Assembly: GCA_039810425.1 (NCBI GenBank)
Contig: JBDHWW010000047.1
Location: 1-21,492, forward strand
DNA length: 21,492 nt
Reading direction: 5' to 3'
Source: Pseudobdellovibrionaceae bacterium
GTDB lineage: Bacteria > Bdellovibrionota > Bdellovibrionia > Bdellovibrionales > Bdellovibrionaceae
In this document: piece by piece, positions 8,102-15,347 of the stretch
Numbering within the stretch: position 1 is the stretch's first letter
Layout: each line of letters opens with the position of its first letter
Position numbers and translations under genes: made by a program
Notes under the pieces: generated by a model
Databases searched by the model: none
The model's input: only the letters and a program-made list of their open reading frames with translations
Told to the model about the DNA's origin: nothing

Positions 8102-8134
8102 AAAAAAAAAGGGAGTCCATGCGGACTCCCTTTT
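8102..8134 (-). terminator. Rho-independent terminator of rpsA
   Basis: Perfect 8-bp stem GGGAGTCC/GGACTCCC (8111-8130) with a 4-nt loop, followed by U9 on the minus strand. T4 on the plus side. Confidence 0.9.
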
Positions 8135-8160
8135 GTGCTGCTTAGCGCAATGAAACAGAT

Positions 8161-8215
8161 AGCCGTTCCGCTGCGGGGCCATCCGGCCCCTGCGCGTCCT
8201 CGGTATTCACCGGCT
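8161..8215. repeat. GC-rich palindromic (REP-like) element in the rpsA 3' UTR
   Basis: GGGGCC-ATCC-GGCCCC core (8175-8190), flanked by AGCCG (8161-8165) and CGGCT (8211-8215). Single copy in this window. Confidence 0.4.
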
Positions 8216-10010
8216 AGTTTTTACCGTCAGTTTTCATATTTTTGAGTTGATCTGCGAACAAATCACCCAAAGTCGACTTAGATGTCGTAGTCGCTTTCTT
8301 CACGTAATCGTCAACGTCCGCTTTTGCTTCGCGAAGTTTAACAAGTTTAGAAGAAAGACCGATCTTACGAGCGTCTTTATCGATAGAGATGACTTCTGCT
8401 CTCAAAACAGTACCTGGTTTTACAAACTCTTCGGTGCTGTTGATTTTATCAGTCGTTAACTCAGAGATATGGATCAAACCTTCGATATCAGACTCCAACT
8501 CAACGAAAGCACCGAAGTCAGCGACTTTAGTTACTTTAACATCGTGTTGTGTGCCGATAGCGTATTTGTTCTCGATGTTCGACCAAGGGTCGGACTCAAG
8601 CTGTTTGATGCCCAATGAGAATCTTTCGTTCTCGATGTCCACGCCCAAAACAACCGCGCGAACTTTTTGGCCTTTAGCGTAAAGTTCGTTAGGGTGATTT
8701 ACACGTTTAGTCCACGAGAAATCAGAGATGTGAACAAGACCGTCAATGCCTTCTTCGATACCGACGAAGATACCGAAATCAGTCACAGACTTAACTTCAC
8801 CTTCAATGATAGTTCCCGGAGCGTAAGATTCTTTCAACTCAACCCAAGGATTAGCCTGGAGTTGTTTCATGCCCAAGCTGATGCGGCGGTTTTCAGTGTC
8901 CACTTCAAGAACGACAACTTCAACTTCTTGATCAACCGCTACGACTTGAGACGGATGCTTCACACGCTTAGTCCAAGACATTTCAGATACGTGGATAAGA
9001 CCTTCGATGCCTTCACCAAGTTCTACGAATGCGCCGTATTCAGCCAATGAAACAACTTTACCTTTAAGCTTAGTGCCTGCCGGGTAAGATGCTTTTACAG
9101 ACTCCCAAGGATCCGCATGCAATTGCTTCATGCCCAAGGAAACACGTTCCTTTTCCTGGTCGTACTTCAATACTTTTACTTGGATTTCGTCGCCCACTTT
9201 CAACAATTCTGAAGGGTGCTTTACGCGGCCCCAAGACATGTCTGTGATGTGGAGAAGACCGTCCATACCGCCCAAGTCAATGAACGCACCATAATCAGTG
9301 ATGTTCTTAACAAGACCGGTAACGATAGAACCTTCTTTCATGGTATCCAGAGTTTCTGCTCTGAGACTGTCACGTTCTTCTTCAAGAAGAGCGCGGCGGG
9401 AAAGAACGATGTTGCCACGTTTTTTATTGAACTTGATAACTTTGAATTTGTACTTCTTGCCGATGTAAACGTCCATGTTGCGAACCGGACGAAGATCGAT
9501 TTGTGAACCAGGCAAGAATGCTTTAACGCCGATATCAACGCTCAAGCCGCCTTTAACCTTAGCAACAACAGTACCTTCAATAACTTCTTCGTTCTCAGCT
9601 GCTTTAGAGATATCAGACCAAGCACGAAGCATGTCGGCTTTGTCTTTAGAGAGAACGATCATACCGTTTTCGTTTTCGATACGGTCGATCAACACTTCTA
9701 CAGTGTCGCCGGCTTTTACTTCACGTACGCCGTCAACAACGCGGAATTCGTTGATTGCAATAAGTCCTTCGGACTTATAGTTGATGTCGACAAGAACATA
9801 GTCAGATTGAACTTCGACAACTTTACCGGTCACAACGTCACCGATTTTGAAATCTTGGTCCTTCATTGACGCTTCGAAAATCGAAGTGAACTCGCCTTTG
9901 TCTGTATTACCGTAGATTCCTGGGTTCGCAGCAACTTTAGAATCTTCTGCGTCCAAGAAAGCGAGAACTTTCTGCTTTTCTTGAGCGGCTTTGTTTAATT
10001 GTTTCCCCAT
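8214..10010 (-). CDS. rpsA: 30S ribosomal protein S1
   Basis: Six S1 repeats (YKSEG, AFLPGSQID, DYGAFIDLGG.DGLLHITDMSW, EGLIHVSEMSW, etc.). Start placed at ATG 10010 (MGKQ...) rather than the track start 10130, which lies inside the promoter. Confidence 0.98.
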   Translation of the reverse strand: MGKQLNKAAQEKQKVLAFLDAEDSKVAANPGIYGNTDKGEFTSIFEASMKDQDFKIGDVVTGKVVEVQSDYVLVDINYKSEGLIAINEFRVVDGVREVKAGDTVEVLIDRIENENGMIVLSKDKADMLRAWSDISKAAENEEVIEGTVVAKVKGGLSVDIGVKAFLPGSQIDLRPVRNMDVYIGKKYKFKVIKFNKKRGNIVLSRRALLEEERDSLRAETLDTMKEGSIVTGLVKNITDYGAFIDLGGMDGLLHITDMSWGRVKHPSELLKVGDEIQVKVLKYDQEKERVSLGMKQLHADPWESVKASYPAGTKLKGKVVSLAEYGAFVELGEGIEGLIHVSEMSWTKRVKHPSQVVAVDQEVEVVVLEVDTENRRISLGMKQLQANPWVELKESYAPGTIIEGEVKSVTDFGIFVGIEEGIDGLVHISDFSWTKRVNHPNELYAKGQKVRAVVLGVDIENERFSLGIKQLESDPWSNIENKYAIGTQHDVKVTKVADFGAFVELESDIEGLIHISELTTDKINSTEEFVKPGTVLRAEVISIDKDARKIGLSSKLVKLREAKADVDDYVKKATTTSKSTLGDLFADQLKNMKTDGKN

Positions 10011-10109
10011 AGTAATAATATGTACCTCCCACGAAATAGGTCCTCTCGATGGCTTGCCCTGGGTGTTTAAAGGCTTGCCGGGTCCTACCCGTTTAATTAT
10101 TGAAGAATG

Positions 10110-10138
10110 GTTGTATAAGCCCGATATCATTGAGTCAA
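10110..10138 (-). promoter_or_regulatory. Sigma-70 promoter of rpsA
   Basis: Minus strand TTGACT-N17-TACAAC, about 100 nt upstream of the start. Confidence 0.65.
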
Positions 10139-10314
10139 TGCGGAAATTTAAACTCTGCGTTGGCAGAAGTTTACGCCATAATTTCGCCTGCCGTGACGAC
10201 CCAAGCCCGGGGCGGCCAGGCTGAAATCTGCCCTTCCCTCAAGCACTTAGGAAACTCCCAAGTCTTGACAGTCTTATCTCGAGGCTGCGATCTTTACCCC
10301 CTCAAGGAGGACCG

Positions 10315-10671
10315 ATGGCCGGTATCTTGATTCAATGGATCGTTTCCGCCCTAGTTTTAATGGGCACCGCGTATCTGCTGCCCGGGTTTGAGGTGCGCAG
10401 TTTCGGGAGTGCGCTTTTGGCGGCGTTTGTGATTGGTTGCGCAAATGTGCTGGTAAAACCGATTTTGATTTTGCTGACGTTGCCGATCACGCTGCTCACG
10501 CTCGGACTTTTTCTGTGGGCGATCAATGCTATGATTTTAAAACTGTGTGCGGCGATCACGCCGGGCTTTGCCGTGGACTCGTGGGGCTCGGCCTTTTTAG
10601 GGGCCTTGATCATCGCCGTTCTAAGTTCTCTCGCAATCTGGCTGCTGACACCGCCTCCGGGAGCAGCCTAA
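10315..10671 (+). CDS. Phage holin family / YvlD-like (DUF360-type) 4-TM membrane protein
   Basis: 118 aa, hydrophobic, with the signature N..VKPIL.LLTLP.T.LTLGLF...INA..L and PGF.V..W..A.LGA. AGGAGG RBS. Confidence 0.88.
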   Translation: MAGILIQWIVSALVLMGTAYLLPGFEVRSFGSALLAAFVIGCANVLVKPILILLTLPITLLTLGLFLWAINAMILKLCAAITPGFAVDSWGSAFLGALIIAVLSSLAIWLLTPPPGAA

Positions 10672-11345
10672 ATCTTTCCGCGGACGAAATCTTCGACCTT
10701 CGCCACAACCTCATCGAGGTTCAATTCGGTGGTATCCACAACCAGCGCGTTTTCAGGAACTGAAAGAGGTGCCGCTTTACGAGTGGAATCTTGGTGGTCG
10801 CGGACTTTTTGTTCCTCTTGCATTTTTTCCTGATCGAGCCCTAGCTCTGTCGCGCGGCGAGCCGCACGGTGCTCGCTAGAAGCCGTCAGATAGATCTTGG
10901 CTTGGGCCTGTGGGAATACCACTGTGCCACAGTCACGACCTTCAGCCACGAGCCCTTGAGGACCGGCACTACAGTTGCGCTGGGCATCCAGCAATGCTTT
11001 TCTCACTTCAGGATAGTGAGAGATTTTGCTGGCGATATTACCGACGTCTTCGTGAGAAATTTCATCAGTCACATCCTGGCCTTCAAAGAAAACTTGCGTG
11101 CGGCTCTGAGACATTTTCACCGCCCATTTGTCAGAATGTGCCAGATCCATCAAAGCCTTCACATCGGTGATATCGATATTCGCATGAAGGGCGGCATAGC
11201 CCAAGCCACGGTAAAAAGCTCCCGTAGAAACCCATTGCCAGCCAAGACGCTGAGCAAGCTGGCGGCTTACGGTGGATTTCCCAGAGGCTGCAGGTCCGTC
11301 GATTGTTACTACCATTCCCATTTCATTCCTAAGTTCTGTATCCAA
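10668..11345 (-). CDS. cmk: Cytidylate kinase
   Basis: IDGPAASGKST P-loop, TGAFYR, V.EGRD.GTVVFP.A..K.YLTAS, RD..DSTR...PL. The start could instead be the Met at 11321. Confidence 0.97.
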   Translation of the reverse strand: MDTELRNEMGMVVTIDGPAASGKSTVSRQLAQRLGWQWVSTGAFYRGLGYAALHANIDITDVKALMDLAHSDKWAVKMSQSRTQVFFEGQDVTDEISHEDVGNIASKISHYPEVRKALLDAQRNCSAGPQGLVAEGRDCGTVVFPQAQAKIYLTASSEHRAARRATELGLDQEKMQEEQKVRDHQDSTRKAAPLSVPENALVVDTTELNLDEVVAKVEDFVRGKI

Positions 11346-11380
11346 ATCTATCTTTAAAGTTTTCTAACTCTCTCGGTAAA

Positions 11381-12502
11381 TTATTTCACCGGAGGGATCG
11401 TTTTCAAAACTTCTTCTAACGCCTTCATTGCCGCCTGGTTTTCATCCTCAAGCCCCACGCTCAGGCGCAGGTGCGTGGCAAAGCCGTAATTTTTAATCGG
11501 TCTCATGATGATCCCTTTTCGTAGAAGGGACTCGTTGACTTGAGCCGCATCGCGAAGAGTATCGAACATCACAAAATTACCCTGGGATTCAATAAAAGGC
11601 AGCCCCATTTTCTGTAACTTCTCGTAGAAGTAATCAAGTCCTTTCCATACCGCCTGTTGCGATGCCGCAATAAATTCATGATCTTGCAAAGCAGCAACCG
11701 CTGCAGCTTGTGCTAAATCATTGACATTAAAAGGCTTACGCACGCGATTGAAAACTTCGATGACTTCCTTTGGGCCCACCATTGCACCTAGGCGAAGTCC
11801 GGCCAATCCAAAGATTTTCGAAAAAGTTCTCAGGGCTATGACGTTTGAGTACTGCCGCAAAAACTCGTCAGCGTTAGCATAGTCTTTCGCCCTGACGAAT
11901 TCATTATAAGCTTCATCAAAAACAACCAACACGTCTTCGCGATTTCCAAGGCGAGACAGGAATTCAGCCACTTCCGCACGGGTCGCGTATGTTCCCGTTG
12001 GATTGTTGGGATTTGCGATAAAGATCAGGCGAATTTTTGCTTCCGGATGGGCAAAGAAATAATCCGCCATCGCTTTCAAATTAAATTTGTACTCAGACGT
12101 TAAGGGAACCGTGTGGACTTTAGCGCGGTTCGCCTGTGCGCTGATCTCGTATGCGGAAAACGCCGCCATCGAAGTCAGGACGCCATCTCCAGGCTCACAG
12201 TATATTCTTGTCAGAAGATCAATCAACTCGTCAGAGCCGTTGCCAAGGCCCAATTGGTTCGCCGGGAAATTCCATTTTTTAGACAAGACTTGAAGCAATT
12301 CGTACGCGGACGGATCTGGATAGCGATGCAATTGCTGTAAAAGATTCCTGATTGCAGCGACTGCCTTGGGGCTTGGGCCCAGGGGGTTTTCATTGCTCGC
12401 AAGCTTGATGACTTTTGTAAGTCCGTATTCTCGCTGAGTTTCTGAGATTGGCTTCCCCGGCTTGTACGGGATCAGGCTGACAATTTCCGGTGAAACTTTC
12501 AC
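11381..12502 (-). CDS. hisC: Histidinol-phosphate aminotransferase (HisC-family PLP aminotransferase; may act on aromatic amino acids)
   Basis: YKPGK, KLASNENPLG, RYPD, GNGSDELI, NPNNPTG, DEAY and RTFSK.FGLAGLRLG (PLP lysine). GTG start. Confidence 0.93.
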   Translation of the reverse strand: MKVSPEIVSLIPYKPGKPISETQREYGLTKVIKLASNENPLGPSPKAVAAIRNLLQQLHRYPDPSAYELLQVLSKKWNFPANQLGLGNGSDELIDLLTRIYCEPGDGVLTSMAAFSAYEISAQANRAKVHTVPLTSEYKFNLKAMADYFFAHPEAKIRLIFIANPNNPTGTYATRAEVAEFLSRLGNREDVLVVFDEAYNEFVRAKDYANADEFLRQYSNVIALRTFSKIFGLAGLRLGAMVGPKEVIEVFNRVRKPFNVNDLAQAAAVAALQDHEFIAASQQAVWKGLDYFYEKLQKMGLPFIESQGNFVMFDTLRDAAQVNESLLRKGIIMRPIKNYGFATHLRLSVGLEDENQAAMKALEEVLKTIPPVK

Positions 12503-12605
12503 AGGGGGCCCCTTTCGGACTACCTTTTGAGGTTCGCTTTAGTTATATTGGTTCTAAGTTTTACAACTATGCTTTAACAACAATCTTGCAGATATTCAAG
12601 GACCC

Positions 12606-13976
12606 ATGGCTCTAGCGGAAACGGATGTTAATTTAGCACTCTACATTGGCGAATCTTTTGTAGAAGCCCGTCTCTGCCATAATCAAGAAGTAGTTCATTT
12701 TGGCCGCTGGTATCTCGGCAAAGAAGGCTTTAAAGCGGGCCTGCAGAGATTTTTTCAGGAAGCCAAGGTTCAAAAGATCGATAAAGCCTACGTGGCGTCC
12801 CGCTTCGTTGAAAAAATTCTCTCTTATCGTTTGGGTGGCAGCGTTGCTACCGTGACCACCAAGGGCTTTGAAAGCTGGGCGGAATTCCGTCAGCCGCAAA
12901 CTCTGAAAGTCGGTCCCTTGTCGTCCACCGAGCTTATTTTCAGCGTGGAAGAGCGTTGTAACGCCGCAGGTTCCATCGAAAAAGAACTCGCCGACAGTGA
13001 AATCTCGGAACTCGTCAAGAAGCTTCGCCAGAAACAAGCCAAACGAGTTTGCATTCATTTCTTGAATGCCGGCAAAAACCCACACAATCAGGACAAATTG
13101 AAGGCAGCTCTTGTCCAAGAATCTTTTGAGGTTTTTGCTCCCGCTGTCGACACGGTCAACTGCGATGAAGTTTCCCAATGGCGCAAAAACATTCTTAATG
13201 CTTCTTTGAGCGGAACTTTCGAAGAAGTCCAGGACGAGTTGAACGAAGGCTTGAACGGCATTTTGCCGGACGGCGAACGCGCCCTGTTCTTCGGCTCCGA
13301 CGGCGAACTCTTCGACAAGGAAAACCACCAGCGTCTCGGCAGCCTCTGGGGCGCCGCCGCAGCTTGGAGCCGCGCTTTGCAAAAACGTATCAAGGGCGAA
13401 TTCGACATTCTGTATCTCGGCCTTGAGCAATTCAATTTGATCACCCCACTAAAAGAGATGCAGAACTGGAACAGCCCGTGGGGCATGATCCGCGCGCCGC
13501 AAATCCAAAATGCCCTGCTGTCTTTGCAACCGACAACCTCTATTGAAATCGGACCGTGGGGTGAGCTCACCTACTCAGGCAATGTCCTCGGCTACGAACC
13601 AGGGCCTATGTTCATGGGTCGCGGCCAAGTGCCCACATTGATTGATTTGTGGGAGGAAAAAACCGCGTCTTTAAAAGGGATCGGGGAAAGGCGCTCTCCG
13701 CAAGGTGTTCAGAAATTCAAGAATCAGCTTTTAGCATTGAACAACGCCTCGACTCAGAAAGTCGATTCCGAAGAAAAACTTTTCTCTCATCTCCGTGAGG
13801 TGGCCTTGCACAAACTGACTGTCGACATCGTCCTCATGACTGAAAACCCAAAAGTTGTTTGCCTGGGGGCTTTGGCGCCGTTGTTCTTACCTGAACTTAA
13901 AAAGCGCCTGCCGCAGCTCGAGTTTGAACTGACGCCTGAAACTGAAACTTCCCTTTTGTTGAATCAAGGTCACTAG
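12606..13976 (+). CDS. Hydantoinase A/5-oxoprolinase-like protein, degenerate
   Basis: VATVTTKGF, V.ERC.A.G.I...L, V.I.FLNA..NP, R..ILNA.L and G.EPGP...GRG..PTL.D match the HyuA scaffold. Both DxGGT ATP-binding motifs are eroded and the protein is shorter than typical. Confidence 0.75.
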   Translation: MALAETDVNLALYIGESFVEARLCHNQEVVHFGRWYLGKEGFKAGLQRFFQEAKVQKIDKAYVASRFVEKILSYRLGGSVATVTTKGFESWAEFRQPQTLKVGPLSSTELIFSVEERCNAAGSIEKELADSEISELVKKLRQKQAKRVCIHFLNAGKNPHNQDKLKAALVQESFEVFAPAVDTVNCDEVSQWRKNILNASLSGTFEEVQDELNEGLNGILPDGERALFFGSDGELFDKENHQRLGSLWGAAAAWSRALQKRIKGEFDILYLGLEQFNLITPLKEMQNWNSPWGMIRAPQIQNALLSLQPTTSIEIGPWGELTYSGNVLGYEPGPMFMGRGQVPTLIDLWEEKTASLKGIGERRSPQGVQKFKNQLLALNNASTQKVDSEEKLFSHLREVALHKLTVDIVLMTENPKVVCLGALAPLFLPELKKRLPQLEFELTPETETSLLLNQGH

Positions 13977-13977
13977 A

Positions 13978-15327
13978 ATGCTCTCAAGTTGGATTTTCGA
14001 ATTCTCGGATCTATTTTTGAAAAACGAAAGAAGCGCGGCTTTGCTTTCCCGTGATGGCGAGATCCTTCATGCAAAATCAGATTTGGGATTTGAAGCGACA
14101 GGTTTTAAAAATATCGCCGAGAGTTGTTTAAATTACATCACATTAAAACCCGGCGAAATCCTTGTCACCAATGATTCTTATAGCGGCGGCAGCTTTTTAC
14201 ATCGCTATACTTTCTTGATGCCGCTCTCAAATGCGGTGGGCACGCAGCCCGGTATTCTCTTGTGTGTGCGCCGCGAATTCGCCGCCGGCCTCAATATCAG
14301 CGGCAAGCTGGATGGCGAAGGCCTGCGTATTCCACCGACACCGGTTTTTCAAAATGGCCAGTTGATCATGCCGATCATCGAAGCGATGTCGATGCATCCG
14401 CTTTGCCCTCAAGGTTTCCAGGCCTGGTTACAAAGCACGGTCGGGGATATGGCTGCGTACTTCAAAAAATGGAGCCACGCCGAGAAACACTGCAAGCTTC
14501 CGTTGACGGCCAGTGAATTTAAGAAATTCCTCACCTTCTCGAGGAACTACGCCACAGAGAAAATTCTCGAAAAGGCCCAGGGCGAAGCGCGCTCAGAAGT
14601 CGTTCTCGATGGTGGCGAAGTTTTAAAGTTGCATCTTGAAGTTAACAATGGACTGATTAAAGCCGACTTCAGTGGCACAACTGCGGGTGTAAAAACATTC
14701 GTTCCGGACCTGGCGGCGTTTGGTGCTTGCTATGAAGCCGTTGCCCAATTCTATGAACTCAACTGCCTCAGAAACTCGGGCACATTTTCCGTGATGCAAG
14801 TAATTAAGCCTTTAGGTTGCTTCTTGAACGCAAAATATCCGGCGTCAACTCATCAAGGGCTGCAAACAGGTGTGGCCGCAGTTCGCACGGCGATGGTTTT
14901 GGCTTTACGCCAAATCGTGAGAAGCACGCAGCCGCTGTTATCAGAAAATATGGCTGTGATGGAAGTGTCTTTTGCGGACGGCCAACGCTGGCTCAGCTCG
15001 TGGTCTGCGAAGAGATGCTGTGAAAGCGTTTCTTTGGAAAAGATTGAAAGTGAATTTCCAGTGCAGTTCGTACGTGTGGAGAAAAGTGCGGAAAAAATGC
15101 ACCTGCAAGTTGAATTCAAAACACTCGCCGCTTGCCAAGTCCGCTGGTTGAGTGATTTTACAAAACAAACTCCTAAGGCGCCAAAAGGCCTCAACGCTCC
15201 TGAGACCACTCAACTGGAAGTCCTCGCCGAAAATGGCGAATGGACCCGTCTCGATTCTCAAGGCAACACGGATCTCGCCCCGGGCACAAACTTGCGCTTG
15301 AACTTGTGGGGTCTTTACTCTCAGTAA
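13978..15327 (+). CDS. Hydantoinase B/oxoprolinase-like protein, degenerate
   Basis: LKPGEILVTNDSYSGG, EGLRIPP, DFSGT, G.FLNAKYPA and E.IE.EFPV match the HyuB scaffold. Metal-ligand His/Asp residues are absent. Starts 1 nt after the upstream stop. Confidence 0.75.
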   Translation: MLSSWIFEFSDLFLKNERSAALLSRDGEILHAKSDLGFEATGFKNIAESCLNYITLKPGEILVTNDSYSGGSFLHRYTFLMPLSNAVGTQPGILLCVRREFAAGLNISGKLDGEGLRIPPTPVFQNGQLIMPIIEAMSMHPLCPQGFQAWLQSTVGDMAAYFKKWSHAEKHCKLPLTASEFKKFLTFSRNYATEKILEKAQGEARSEVVLDGGEVLKLHLEVNNGLIKADFSGTTAGVKTFVPDLAAFGACYEAVAQFYELNCLRNSGTFSVMQVIKPLGCFLNAKYPASTHQGLQTGVAAVRTAMVLALRQIVRSTQPLLSENMAVMEVSFADGQRWLSSWSAKRCCESVSLEKIESEFPVQFVRVEKSAEKMHLQVEFKTLAACQVRWLSDFTKQTPKAPKGLNAPETTQLEVLAENGEWTRLDSQGNTDLAPGTNLRLNLWGLYSQ

Positions 15328-15347
15328 TGGCACCATAAAATATGGTA

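Noticed and set aside
8400..9330. Recurring similar DNA segments within rpsA
   Set aside because: Explained by the tandem S1 protein domains; not a CRISPR or DNA repeat array.
10011..10130. 40-aa N-terminal extension of RpsA in the ORF track
   Set aside because: The track start lies within the promoter spacer, so this region is better explained as the 5' UTR.
10265..10295. TTGACA upstream of the holin-like gene
   Set aside because: No acceptable -10 box at 16-18 nt spacing, so it was not called as a promoter.
10315..10671. Prophage interpretation of the holin-family gene
   Set aside because: No endolysin, integrase or structural genes nearby, and this family is commonly chromosomal.
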